64,000 bases of DNA from Kiritimatiellia bacterium (GCA_050950285.1 JBMNHG010000011.1:186001-250000); one strand, 5' to 3'. Numbered from the stretch's first letter, positions 20,569 through 30,473 are shown. The notes: a model not told the origin generated them from the letters alone. Program-made: numbers and translations.

Positions 20569-20589
20569 GTCGCGTGTGGTCCCGGTTGT

Positions 20590-21243
20590 CTACCGGTAGT
20601 AGTCGAGCGCCTTTTCGATCCGTTCCATGGCGGTGGCGACGAGGAAGTTGAAGAGATAGTAGAAGAGGCCGACCACGAGGAAGGGCGCCATGGTGGTGTT
20701 TGCGCTGGCGATCATCTTGGCTAGGGTGAACATCTCGAGCACGGAGAGGGCGAACGCGAGCGAGGTGTCCTTCACCAGGGTGATCACCTCGTTGGTGACG
20801 GGCGGGAGGATGCGCTTCACCACTTGCGGGAGGATGATGAGGAAGAAGGTGCGGGTTCGGGTGAAGCCCAGCACGTGGGCGGCTTCGAACTGTCCGATGG
20901 GGATCGATTCGATGCCGGCGCGGTAGATTTCGGCAAAGTAGGCGGCGTAGTTCAGCGAAAAGGCGATGATGGTCGCGATGAAGCGGTAGTTGGGGCCCAA
21001 CGGGATGTTGAAGAGATAGTAGGGGCCGAAATAGACGAAGAGCAGTTGCAGCATGAGCGGCGTGCCGCGCAGGATCGAGATGTAGATGCGGAAGATCCAC
21101 CGCACCACGCCGATGCGGGACATCCGCCCGAAGGCCACGAGGAGGCCGAGGGGGAGCGAAAAGAGGAGCGTGAGGAAGAAGATCGCCACGGTGACCCGAA
21201 ACCCGCCGAGGAGTTTCACGACCATGGAAAGGAAGGGGGACAT
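20590..21243 (-). CDS. Polar amino acid ABC transporter permease
   Basis: RGTPLMLQL, NYAAYFAEIYRAGIESIP.GQFEAA and LVKDTSL motifs. Confidence 0.93.
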   Translation of the reverse strand: MSPFLSMVVKLLGGFRVTVAIFFLTLLFSLPLGLLVAFGRMSRIGVVRWIFRIYISILRGTPLMLQLLFVYFGPYYLFNIPLGPNYRFIATIIAFSLNYAAYFAEIYRAGIESIPIGQFEAAHVLGFTRTRTFFLIILPQVVKRILPPVTNEVITLVKDTSLAFALSVLEMFTLAKMIASANTTMAPFLVVGLFYYLFNFLVATAMERIEKALDYYR

Positions 21244-21347
21244 GGGGAGGAGTCCGTCGTTGCCGAAACGGCCGCGGGGGCTGGCTGGGCTCCCGCGGCC
21301 GCTTGCGTGGGCAATGCGTCGTGGGTGGGGCGACGCGGCGTGGCGGA

Positions 21348-22133
21348 TCAGTGGATCACGCCGTCGATGCCGTACTGCTCGGCGAGCTTGTCGACGGTGC
21401 CGTCGGCGAGCATGTCCTGGTAGGTGGCCCAGACGAGGTCGCGGAGTCCGGTGTTGCCCAGCTTGAAGCCGATGCCGTAGGTTTCGGTCATCACGATTTC
21501 ATCGAGCATCACGAATTTGCCCTCCATGTCGGCCATTTTCTGCTTGGCCACGCCGATGTCGACGGCCACGGCATCCACGGCGCCGGAGTCGAGCTCCATG
21601 ACGGCGTTGTTGTAGTTGGGCGTGACGACGAGCCGCTGGAAGGTGGCGCCGAGTTCGGCCTTGCTGCCGCCTTCGGAGAGGGCCTTCTGGACGGGGGTGT
21701 CGGTTTGGACGGCGACGTTCTTGCCGGCGAGGTCGGCGAGGGTCTGGATGGCGGAGCCGGCCTTCACCATCACGACCTGCGAGTTGTCCACGTAGGCGTC
21801 GGTCCAGGTGTAGCCGGCCTCGCGGCCCTGCATGGTGAAGCCGTTCCAGATGCAGTCGATGGCGCCGGAGTTGAGCTCCATGTCCTTGGCGTCCCAGTTG
21901 ATGGGCTTGGCGACGAAGGTCTTGCCGGTGCGGGCGCAGACTTCGCGCGCGAGGTCGAGGTCGAAGCCCTTGTACTCTCCGGATGCTTCGTCAAGGTAGC
22001 CATACGGGGGGAATTCGGCATCGAAGCCGACGGTGAAGGTATCGGCGGGGGCGTCGCCCCTCTTGCAGCGGCAACCGGTGAAGAGCGCGGCGGCGCAGAG
22101 GAGCGCGGACGAAACAACGAGGAGTTTCTTCAT
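21348..22133 (-). CDS. Amino acid ABC transporter substrate-binding lipoprotein (SBP family 3)
   Basis: MKKLL...LFTGC lipobox; VGFDAEFPPYGY, GFDLDLAREVC and IDCIWNGFT motifs. Confidence 0.92.
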   Translation of the reverse strand: MKKLLVVSSALLCAAALFTGCRCKRGDAPADTFTVGFDAEFPPYGYLDEASGEYKGFDLDLAREVCARTGKTFVAKPINWDAKDMELNSGAIDCIWNGFTMQGREAGYTWTDAYVDNSQVVMVKAGSAIQTLADLAGKNVAVQTDTPVQKALSEGGSKAELGATFQRLVVTPNYNNAVMELDSGAVDAVAVDIGVAKQKMADMEGKFVMLDEIVMTETYGIGFKLGNTGLRDLVWATYQDMLADGTVDKLAEQYGIDGVIH

Positions 22134-22253
22134 GGAGATTCCTTTGTTTTTTTGGGGGGGTGGACGACAGGGAAGCGGGACGATACGGGGTAAAGCATAC
22201 GATAGGGGAAGGAAGCGGCGCAACCCCTTTCCGATTATGCGGTCCGTTGTCCC

Positions 22254-23063
22254 TCACGCCTTGCGCGGGCTTGGCATCGTTCCGATGGCCTTGCGGGCCA
22301 CGGTGATCGTCCAGCGGACGATGGCGGCGAGGGCGTCGCCGGTCCAGAGGTATGCGTCCAGCGTTTGTCCGAGGAAGATGGCGCCGAATTCGCAGAAGGT
22401 CGCGGGAGTGGTGGCGACGACCCAGATGCAGACGCCGAGGAGGTTCAGCAGGTAGATGGCGGTGTACGAGAAGAGGCGGCCGTTCTCGAGGATGTCCTGC
22501 TGGCGGATGGCGAGCGATGCGAGGGTGTAGGTCACGTGGTGCCCCCACGCCGCCCCCACCACGAAAAGCCAGAGCGGCCGCCAGGGGGAGAGGTCCACGA
22601 AAAAGTGGAGGATCCACCAGGCCAGGATGGCGAGGATCGCGTACAGCGGGAAGAAATACGGGGCCAGCCCGATGAGGGCGTTGGTTCGCGAGAGGGTCAC
22701 GTATCCGCCGTCGTCGCGGACCCGGATCTTCCCCACCTTCACGCCTTGCACGAGCGCCCAGATGGCGTGGGAGAGTTCATGGGCCCAGATGTACGAGCGG
22801 GCGGAGAGCGGCAGAACGAGATAGACCACGAGCCACAGCAGGAATCCGCCGGGCAGCGCCACCATCTCCCAGGTCAGCCGCGGCGCGCCGGCCCCCGGCG
22901 GCGAAGCCGGCCGGAGCAGAAGGAAGAGCGTGGCGGTGAGCGACCAGCACGCCGGCAGCAGGAGCAGCGCCGAGACGACGCGAAGGAAGGGGCGCGGCCG
23001 GCGGGGGGGTGCATCGCCCTTTGCGGATGCGGAAGGTTTTGCGGGGGGGCGGGGCATCCTCAT
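22254..23063 (-). CDS. Membrane zinc metalloprotease-like protein (M50B-like, HExxH)
   Basis: YIWAHELSHAIWA followed by IGLAPYFFP; several TM helices. Confidence 0.65.
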   Translation of the reverse strand: MRMPRPPAKPSASAKGDAPPRRPRPFLRVVSALLLLPACWSLTATLFLLLRPASPPGAGAPRLTWEMVALPGGFLLWLVVYLVLPLSARSYIWAHELSHAIWALVQGVKVGKIRVRDDGGYVTLSRTNALIGLAPYFFPLYAILAILAWWILHFFVDLSPWRPLWLFVVGAAWGHHVTYTLASLAIRQQDILENGRLFSYTAIYLLNLLGVCIWVVATTPATFCEFGAIFLGQTLDAYLWTGDALAAIVRWTITVARKAIGTMPSPRKA

Positions 23064-25228
23064 CTCCCTTGCGCGGGCGGGACCAGGGGGCCCACCCCGC
23101 GGATTTCAGGCGGGGAGCGGTCCCAGCCGATGCGGAGCGGCGTGCCGTCGGCACGGACGAACTCCAGTTCATAGGCGGTGCGGGGATCGGCTCCCGGAGG
23201 CACCGGACGGCGGCGGACGAAGGTGCCGCCCGCGAGTTCCGCGAAGAGCCGCTTCAGCGCCTCGAAGGCGGGGCGGCGGCGGAAGTCCCCGCCGGGCGGG
23301 GCGTCGACCAGTCCGAAGCCGTGCGCGGCGAGCCGCCACACCACGGTCTGCTCGACCATCCCGGAGGCAAGCGCGATGAGCAGATAGCGGATGAGGTAGT
23401 CGGCATAGTCCCGCTCGGAGACGCTGGGGTCGTTGAAGCGCGGGCCGGGTGTGACGTAGGGCGATCCGACGGGCGAATAGACGCCGGTTCCGAGCAGCGG
23501 CCAGTTCACTTCGGAGACGATGAAGCGATCCGCGCAACGCCCTCCCGAAGCCCGGGCGGCAGCGCGGGCCAGGATGAACTTTCCAAGGGCGTCCTGGCGG
23601 CCCTGGAGGTTTTCCGGCGCGCCGCGGCGATCCACGTAGAGGTGCATGGACAAGGCGTCCCACGAGAAGCCGTCCGGCAGGCGGCGGAGGGCGGCCTGGA
23701 GGAAAGGCGGATCCCAGTCGATTACGGCGGGGCCTACGATGCGCAATCCCGGATGGGCGGCGCGCAGTTCCGGAAGCGGGGCGAGGAGGGTCTCGTATTC
23801 ACGGAGGCTCCAGAGCCCCCATTTCACGCGGTTGATGGCATGGCCGAACTCGAGCCAGGAAAGGTGGGGTGCGGCGGAATCGACGACGCGACGGCAGAAC
23901 TCCCTCCAGCGCGAAGGATCGTTCACGCTGGCGCGGTCTTGCAGGAGCGCGCCCGCCACGCGGAAGCCTTCGCGGGAAAGGGCGGCGGCGATGTCGAGCG
24001 CGTCGCGGAGGAGGGCGGGGGCGTCCTGGGGATTGAAGCGCACCAGCGTGTCGCGCGCGCCCAGTTCGCGGAGCAGCGAACGTTCGCGTTCGAAGGTGGC
24101 GGCGCGTCCGGAAAGGGCCACGGCGATGCGCCCGTCGAACCCGACCGGCGCGGCGAAGGCGGCGGCGCGAAGCGCGCGGGCGGCGCGCGAGGTGGCGCCG
24201 TGCGCGGCGGCCGTCGCGGCGGCGAGCTGGAAGGGAAGGCGTGGATCGATCCATTTGCGGCGCTCGGGCGAACGCCATGCCTGCACGGGCTGCTCGGTGC
24301 GGGAGTCCCAAATCCACAAGTCGCGCGGAGGGGGCATCGCCTCCCATCCGCCGGAAGGCGTCTCGCCCGCCGCCTTGGCCTCCCTCGCCGCGGCGCGCTG
24401 CCTCAGGGTGCGGAGGGGGCGGCGGACGAGGCGGGTGGCACTGTGAAAGGCGAACGCGCGACGGTGGAAGCGCTCGGCCCTCGCGAAGGCGCGGGGAGGG
24501 GGCGTTTCCCCCCAGACCATCGCGAAGAAGACGCGCAGGAGGTCCGTGGGAAGCGCAATGCGCGAAAGGTCGCGGGCCCGTTCCCTGGGGGTGAGCGGGC
24601 GCGCATGGCACACGCCGCGGTTCAGGTCGATGAAATACACGCGCCGTTCGGCCATGGTGGCGCCGGGGCCAAGGAGGATGTTCTGGTTCCCGAGGTCGCG
24701 ATGTTGGAAGCCGGCGTCATGGAGCCGCCGGACGGCTTGCGCCACGCGGTCCAGAAGCTCCATGAAGCAGGCGCACTCGGCGCGGGTGCGGAAAAGGCGG
24801 ATCAGTTCGTCGCGGAAGTCGGTCATCCCGTCCACGTGCCGCGAAAGGAAGTAGCTTTCGACGAGGCGCGAGCCCTCCCAGCGTTCGAGGCAGGCGATGG
24901 GCGGCGGCGTGTCGATCCCGTGTTCCGCGAGATGAACCGCCGCCATGCAGGTGCGCATGGCCTTGGTCCCGCGGCCTGCCCGGGCGAAGCGGTCCATCAG
25001 CGGAGACTGTCGTCCGAAGGCCTTCACCACGGCGTCGAGCGGCGCGTCGGCCGGGCCGAGCGGAAGGCGCACGGTGCGATGCCGCCCCTCCTGCAACACG
25101 CGCACGGCGGGCGAAGCGAGGCGGACGGAAAGTTGCGCGAGGTCGGCTTCCAGCGCGGGCGAAGCAAACGGGGGATTCACCCAGCATCGGTAGGGGCCGA
25201 CCGCGGACCAGTCAAGGGAAGGAGGCAT
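23060..25228 (-). CDS. LPS kinase (Kdo/WaaP/InaA family) fused to a C-terminal TIM-barrel glycoside-hydrolase-like domain
   Basis: N-terminal VVKAFG...LHDAGFQHRDLGNQNILL...FIDLNR kinase motifs; C-terminal EFGHAINRVKWG, SMHLYVDRRGAPE and FIVSEVNWP. An extended -10 (TGGTATAGT) lies 12 nt upstream of ATG 25228. Confidence 0.75.
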   Translation of the reverse strand: MPPSLDWSAVGPYRCWVNPPFASPALEADLAQLSVRLASPAVRVLQEGRHRTVRLPLGPADAPLDAVVKAFGRQSPLMDRFARAGRGTKAMRTCMAAVHLAEHGIDTPPPIACLERWEGSRLVESYFLSRHVDGMTDFRDELIRLFRTRAECACFMELLDRVAQAVRRLHDAGFQHRDLGNQNILLGPGATMAERRVYFIDLNRGVCHARPLTPRERARDLSRIALPTDLLRVFFAMVWGETPPPRAFARAERFHRRAFAFHSATRLVRRPLRTLRQRAAAREAKAAGETPSGGWEAMPPPRDLWIWDSRTEQPVQAWRSPERRKWIDPRLPFQLAAATAAAHGATSRAARALRAAAFAAPVGFDGRIAVALSGRAATFERERSLLRELGARDTLVRFNPQDAPALLRDALDIAAALSREGFRVAGALLQDRASVNDPSRWREFCRRVVDSAAPHLSWLEFGHAINRVKWGLWSLREYETLLAPLPELRAAHPGLRIVGPAVIDWDPPFLQAALRRLPDGFSWDALSMHLYVDRRGAPENLQGRQDALGKFILARAAARASGGRCADRFIVSEVNWPLLGTGVYSPVGSPYVTPGPRFNDPSVSERDYADYLIRYLLIALASGMVEQTVVWRLAAHGFGLVDAPPGGDFRRRPAFEALKRLFAELAGGTFVRRRPVPPGADPRTAYELEFVRADGTPLRIGWDRSPPEIRGVGPLVPPAQGR

Positions 25229-25355
25229 GTGTCGAGCCGCACTATACCATCTTTCGCCGACGAAGAACAACGCGGGAAGGAAAAGTGGCCTTTCCCCTTG
25301 CGGCACGCCGTTTTCCCTTTACCGGACAGGCCCGATGCGCTATGATGTCGCCACC

Positions 25356-25832
25356 ATGAAAAAACTCCTTTCTCTTTGCCTTGCGACGACGTTCGCCCTC
25401 GGCATGATCCTTTCCAGCGGCTGTGCCACCGACTATTCCGGTTCGGCCTACGATCCGGAGTTCGTGCGGCAGCCCCATTCCGTCCAATACGGCACGATCA
25501 CGCGGATGGCATACGCCCAGGTCCAGGGTCAAGCCGACGCGCTCGGCGGCATCGCCGGCGGTGTCGTTGGCGGAGCCCTCGGCCACACGGTCGGCGGCGG
25601 TTCCGGCAAAGTGCTCGCCACGGCCGTCGGGACGGTGGGCGGAGCGGCCATCGGCGCCGCGGCCCAGAAAAAGGCCGGCACGCAGGATGTGGTCGAGTTC
25701 ACCATCCTCCTCGATGGCTCCGATACCGAATTCAGCCTGGTCCAGAACCCCGGCCCGGACACCTTCGCCGTCGGCCAGCGCGTTCGCGTGCTGACGGCTT
25801 CGAACGGTGTGACCCGGATCCGTCCGGAATAA
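25356..25832 (+). CDS. Glycine-zipper 2TM outer membrane lipoprotein (SlyB/Pcp-like)
   Basis: LSSGC lipobox, GGIAGGVVGGALGHTVGGGSG glycine zipper, FAVGQRVRV. Confidence 0.85.
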   Translation: MKKLLSLCLATTFALGMILSSGCATDYSGSAYDPEFVRQPHSVQYGTITRMAYAQVQGQADALGGIAGGVVGGALGHTVGGGSGKVLATAVGTVGGAAIGAAAQKKAGTQDVVEFTILLDGSDTEFSLVQNPGPDTFAVGQRVRVLTASNGVTRIRPE

Positions 25833-25855
25833 TCCCGTTCCCGGCGAGTTGGCAT

Positions 25856-25899
25856 CCCAGGGTGCGCCGAGAGGATCGGCGTGCCCTGGGTTGTTTTTA
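25856..25899 (+). terminator. Rho-independent terminator after the SlyB-like gene
   Basis: CCAGGGTGCGCCGA-gagga-TCGGCGTGCCCTGG followed by GTTGTTTTT. Confidence 0.6.
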
Positions 25900-25922
25900 T
25901 AATGACCTTGCGGAGGATGCCC

Positions 25923-26390
25923 ATGAAAACGCTGTTTCTTGTGTTGGCGATTTGCGCCGCGAATGCGTTGGCGGACGACAACCTCGCCTTCTTCAACAAC
26001 GTGACGAACCTCTGGTACCAGGGGCATAAAAGCAACGTCCTTGCCATCGCCGAGGACCGGCTCGCCTGCAACAGTAATGACATCGCGGGACTGATCCTGA
26101 AGGTGGAATATGACTTGGAGTTTACGAATGCCGATTCTATCTCCAACGGAATTCAACGAATCATTTGCGTTGGTTCGGATATATCCAGTCCTCAATTTCG
26201 AATCCGTTACCCTGAACTCAAGGCTGACTTGGAGGATCTGATGGATTCAATCGCTCTCCACCCAATTCAAAACCTGGACGCTGAAAGGGCCAAAGCCCAG
26301 ATTCCGCACAAACCTTTGTTGACGGAAGCGGATTTACGGCTTGTTTGCCTCGACGGTCTGGTTACCAATTACCCTTCGCATCATCCATGA
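25923..26390 (+). CDS. Secreted hypothetical protein, AT-richer than the flanks
   Basis: SD GGAGG; signal peptide MKTLFLVLAICAANALA; A/T-ending codons in the 3' two-thirds. Confidence 0.7.
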   Translation: MKTLFLVLAICAANALADDNLAFFNNVTNLWYQGHKSNVLAIAEDRLACNSNDIAGLILKVEYDLEFTNADSISNGIQRIICVGSDISSPQFRIRYPELKADLEDLMDSIALHPIQNLDAERAKAQIPHKPLLTEADLRLVCLDGLVTNYPSHHP

Positions 26391-26431
26391 TGGCTGTCGT
26401 GTCAACACCGAGGCCCTCTTGGAGAACGTAT

Positions 26432-26587
26432 ATGGAAACGCTGTTTCTTGTGCTGGCGATTTGCGCCGCGAATGCGTTGGCGGACGACAACCTCGCCTTC
26501 TTCGACAGCGTGACGAACCCCTGGAGCCAGGGGATCCTGTTTTTTAGCGACGTCCTTTCCGTCGCCCCGGTGGTAATCGGCTGGTGA
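26432..26587 (+). pseudogene. Truncated duplicate of the 5' end of the preceding secreted-protein gene
   Basis: METLFLVLAICAANALADDNLAFFDSVTNPWSQG is near-identical to the start of 25923; it then diverges and stops. Confidence 0.7.
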
Positions 26588-26798
26588 CAGGGGGTACGGG
26601 CGAGTCGGGTGCGTGCCTTGTGCGCCCACGCTCCCGTCTCGCCAGCCCCTCCTTCGCCAGAACGCCCGTTCGCCCCCGATCCATTTCGCTTGCTTTCGGG
26701 GAGGGCACTTGGTATCCTGCGACATATTTTATTCAGGCCATTCAACCCCGACACCGGGTTTCGCGGCACGCCGCCGTTTCCAGAAGGATTTCCGATCG

Positions 26799-27122
26799 AT
26801 GAACAGACTTCCATTCCGCCCCGCCACCCTCCTTCCCATCGTGGGGCTTGCCGCCCTTCTCGGCGCCGGGTGCGCCACGCACGTGACCGTCACGTCCGAT
26901 CCGCCGGGTGCCGCCGTGTACGCCCGCGGCAAGGGCCGTTCCATCTATCGCGCCGAATTCAAAGGCACTACGCCCGTCACCTTCAAGATGTACTACAGCG
27001 CCATGCAGGCGCAGGTCCGTTGGCCCGGCGCAGGCCGCAGCGAGATCCGGTCGCAGGATCTCCACTTCAAGCGGAACGTCCACATGGACTTCCGCCAGGG
27101 TGAGCAGAATCCTGCGAAGTAG
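26799..27122 (+). CDS. Small PEGA-domain lipoprotein
   Basis: LGAGC lipobox followed by VTVTSDPPGAAVY...GTTPVTF. Confidence 0.7.
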   Translation: MNRLPFRPATLLPIVGLAALLGAGCATHVTVTSDPPGAAVYARGKGRSIYRAEFKGTTPVTFKMYYSAMQAQVRWPGAGRSEIRSQDLHFKRNVHMDFRQGEQNPAK

Positions 27123-27184
27123 CCCTTTCCTGCGGATTTCCCCGCAGGGTTCCGACGCCCATACCCCGACCCAGGAGATCGGCC

Positions 27185-28483
27185 ATGCCCACGAAAAAAA
27201 AGCAGACTGCCCAGTCCATCGCCAAGCCCGCTTCCTCTCCGAAGGTCGTCGTTCCCAGGAAGGTCGCTCCGCTTTCCGCGAAGGCGGCGAAATCTCCTTC
27301 CGCCGCGAAGCCCGCCGCGAAACCGTCCGTTCCGGCATCCGTCGCACGGCCTGCCGCGAAGCCCGCCGTGAAACCTGCGGCGAAGCCTGCCGCGAAGCCC
27401 GCCGCGAAATCCGGTGTCAAACCTGCCGCCAAGACTTCGACGAAACCTGCCGCGAAATCCTCCTATGCGATGGCGGGGGTGGACATCGATTCGAAGATGG
27501 ACGGCGTGAAGGCGATCCGCGAGATGGTCCAGTCCACCGCCACGCGCGGCGTCGTGGGGGGCATCGGCCATTTCGGAGGGCTCTTCGCCTCTCCGGGCGA
27601 GGGCAAGCTCCTCGTGGCCAGTTCGGACGGCGTCGGGACGAAGCTGAAGGTGGCCGTGATGGCCCGGAGGCACGACACCGTGGGCCAGGATCTGGTGAAC
27701 CACTGCGTGAACGACATCCTCGTGCTCGGCGCCAGTCCGCTCTTCTTCCTGGACTACATGGGGATGTCGTACTTCGACGGCGACCTCTTCAAGTCCGTGG
27801 TCTCCGGCCTCTGCAAGGCCTGCCGCGAGAACGGATGCGCCCTCTTGGGCGGCGAGACCGCCGAACTCCCCGGCCTCTATCCCGCCGGCGAATACGACCT
27901 CGTGGGCACCATCGTGGGTGTCGTCGAGAAGAAGAAGGTCATCACGGGGAAAACCATCAGGCCCGGCGACGTTCTGATCGGCCTTCCCTCGCACGGTCTC
28001 CAGACGAACGGCTACTCGCTCGCCCGCAAGGTGCTCTTCGACCAGTGCGGCTTCACGGTGAACGACACCCTCCCCGGCACCAGCACCACCATCGGAAACG
28101 CCCTGCTGGCCATTCATCAGAGCTTCCTGCGCCCGGTCGAGGCCGTGAGGAAGAAGGTGCCCGTCCAGGGCATGGTCCACATCACCGGCGGCGGATTCAT
28201 CGACAACATCCCGCGCGTGCTCCCCGACAAGTGCCGGGCCGTGATCGACCGCGCTTCCTGGAGGATCCCCACGATCTTCCAGTTCATCGGGCGCCAGGGG
28301 CGCGTCGAGTCCGACGAGATGTACCGCGTGTTCAACATGGGCATCGGCTTCATCCTCATCGTCCGCTCCGCCGACGCCTCGAAGGCCCTCGCCGCCCTCA
28401 ACGCCGTCCACGCCTTCCCCACTGTGATCGGGAAGATCGAAAAGGGCAACAAGGACGTCGTTTTCCGCGACAACTCGCTGTAG
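27185..28483 (+). CDS. purM: AIR synthase (phosphoribosylformylglycinamidine cyclo-ligase) with N-terminal Lys/Ala/Pro-rich extension
   Basis: SYAMAGVDID, SSDGVGTKL, LLGGETAELPG, GLQTNGYSLARK, HITGGG and EMYRVFNMGIG; about 95 aa of AAKP repeats come first. Confidence 0.95.
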   Translation: MPTKKKQTAQSIAKPASSPKVVVPRKVAPLSAKAAKSPSAAKPAAKPSVPASVARPAAKPAVKPAAKPAAKPAAKSGVKPAAKTSTKPAAKSSYAMAGVDIDSKMDGVKAIREMVQSTATRGVVGGIGHFGGLFASPGEGKLLVASSDGVGTKLKVAVMARRHDTVGQDLVNHCVNDILVLGASPLFFLDYMGMSYFDGDLFKSVVSGLCKACRENGCALLGGETAELPGLYPAGEYDLVGTIVGVVEKKKVITGKTIRPGDVLIGLPSHGLQTNGYSLARKVLFDQCGFTVNDTLPGTSTTIGNALLAIHQSFLRPVEAVRKKVPVQGMVHITGGGFIDNIPRVLPDKCRAVIDRASWRIPTIFQFIGRQGRVESDEMYRVFNMGIGFILIVRSADASKALAALNAVHAFPTVIGKIEKGNKDVVFRDNSL

Positions 28484-28544
28484 AACGCGGCGGGCCGCCC
28501 TTCCCATTCCCCCCGATCTCCCATCCCTACTGGACACGCAAGCC

Positions 28545-30473
28545 ATGTGTGGCATCGCCGGTCTTATCGCACCCCGTCACCCGGAACTCATCCGCCCCAT
28601 GACGCGCCTGATGGCCCACCGCGGGCCGGACGAGGAAGGCTACTACTCCGACGACACCATCTCCCTCGGACAACGCCGCCTGGTCGTCAGCGACCTCTCC
28701 GGCGGACGCCAGCCCATCCCGAACGAGGACGAATCGCTCTGGATCGTCGCCAACGGCGAAATCTACAACGGCCCCGCCCTCCGCAGGGAGCTCGAGGCGA
28801 GCGGCCACGTCTTCCGCACCTCCACCAGCGTGGAGGCCGCCCTCCACCTCTTCGAGGAGGAAGGCCCCGCATCCGTCGCGCGCCTTCATGGCATGTTCGC
28901 CATCGCCATCTGGAACACGGAATCCCGCGAGCTCTTCCTCGCCCGCGACCACATGGGGCAGAAGCCCGTCTTCTTCGCCACGAACGGCGCCTCCATCGCC
29001 TTCGCCTCCGAGCCCAAGAGCGTGCTCGCCTCCGGCATCGTCGAACGGGCGGTCGATCTCGAGGCCCTCTGGCACTACATGTCGCTTCGCTATCTGCCGG
29101 ACGATCGCTCGCTGTTCCAGGGCGTGAAAAAACTGCCCGCCGCCACCTATGCCGTATGGAAAGAGGGCCGGATCCGCATCGAACCCTACTGGAAGCTCGA
29201 CACCTTCCGGGACAAGCTCGACGGCGACGAGACGGAACTCACCGACCGCCTGGAGCAGCTCCTCCTCGAAACCATCGAGATGCACCTGCTCTCGGACGTG
29301 CCCGTCGGGACCTTCCTCTCCGGCGGAGTCGACTCTTCGCTCGTCACCGCGATGACCGCCCGGATCACCGGGAAGCCCTTCAACACCTTCTCCATCGGCG
29401 TCAACGACCAGATCAACGAGCTCCCCTGGGCCGGGAGGGTCGCCCGGCAGTACAACCTGGACTGGCGCACCGAAACCGTCGAGGCGGACGTCATCGGCAT
29501 GCTCCCTTCGATGATCTGGCACATGGACGAACCCGCCGACCCCTTCGGCGTGGGCGTGTACCTCGTCTCCCAGGTCGCCGCCAAATTCGACAAGGTGGTG
29601 CTTTCCGGTGACGGCGGCGACGAGAACTTCGCCGGCTACGACCGCTTCGCGGGACAGAAGCTCGCCCGTCTGTACGGCCTCATCCCCGGCTTCCTCCGCC
29701 GCGGCGTCCTTGCGCCCCTCATCGGCCTCATCCCCGAATCCTTCGGCTACAAGTCGCTCGCCGGGAAACTGCGCTGGCTCAACGACGTCGGCGGCCACGC
29801 CACGACCCCCGGCGACGCCTACGCCCGCTCGATGTGCGTCCTCCGCTTCACCCAGGAGCAGAAGGAGGCGCTCTTCACCGACAAGGCCATGCGGCAAATC
29901 GCGGACACCGATTCCATCCGGCAGATCCTCCGCTATTTCGACGACGGCACCGCGACCGAATACCTCGACAAGATGCTCTACACGGATCTGATGACGCGCA
30001 TCCCCGACCAGCTGCTCGCCGTCTCCGACCGCATGGCCATGGCCCATTCCATCGAAATCCGCGCGCCGCTGATCGACTGCAAGGTCACCGAGTTCGCCGC
30101 GTCGCTCCCGTGCTCCCTCAAGCTGCGCGGAACCGGGCGCGGCCTCAAGTACATCCTCCGCAATGTCGCCAAGCGGTACCTGGACGCCGACCTGGTGGAC
30201 CGCCCGAAGCAGGGGTTCGGCTTCCCCGTCGCGAAGTGGCTCCGCGGCGACCTCGTGAACCTCCAGCGGAATCTCTTCCGCCAGTCCCGCTTCGTCGAGC
30301 TCGGCCTCTTCCGGCAGGAGGAGATCGACCGCCTGATGGACGAGCACATCGGCGGCAAGGCCGACCACAACTTCCGCCTCTGGATCCTCATCAACCTCGA
30401 AATCTGGCACCGCATGTCCTTCGAAGGCATGTCGCGGGAAGCCGCCGCCGATTTCATCCGCCAGGCGATGTAG
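28545..30473 (+). CDS. asnB: Asparagine synthase (glutamine-hydrolysing) family amidotransferase
   Basis: MCGIAG, HRGPDE, NGEIYN, LSGGVDSS, VLSGDGGDE.FAGY and RPKQGFGFP motifs. Confidence 0.92.
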   Translation: MCGIAGLIAPRHPELIRPMTRLMAHRGPDEEGYYSDDTISLGQRRLVVSDLSGGRQPIPNEDESLWIVANGEIYNGPALRRELEASGHVFRTSTSVEAALHLFEEEGPASVARLHGMFAIAIWNTESRELFLARDHMGQKPVFFATNGASIAFASEPKSVLASGIVERAVDLEALWHYMSLRYLPDDRSLFQGVKKLPAATYAVWKEGRIRIEPYWKLDTFRDKLDGDETELTDRLEQLLLETIEMHLLSDVPVGTFLSGGVDSSLVTAMTARITGKPFNTFSIGVNDQINELPWAGRVARQYNLDWRTETVEADVIGMLPSMIWHMDEPADPFGVGVYLVSQVAAKFDKVVLSGDGGDENFAGYDRFAGQKLARLYGLIPGFLRRGVLAPLIGLIPESFGYKSLAGKLRWLNDVGGHATTPGDAYARSMCVLRFTQEQKEALFTDKAMRQIADTDSIRQILRYFDDGTATEYLDKMLYTDLMTRIPDQLLAVSDRMAMAHSIEIRAPLIDCKVTEFAASLPCSLKLRGTGRGLKYILRNVAKRYLDADLVDRPKQGFGFPVAKWLRGDLVNLQRNLFRQSRFVELGLFRQEEIDRLMDEHIGGKADHNFRLWILINLEIWHRMSFEGMSREAAADFIRQAM

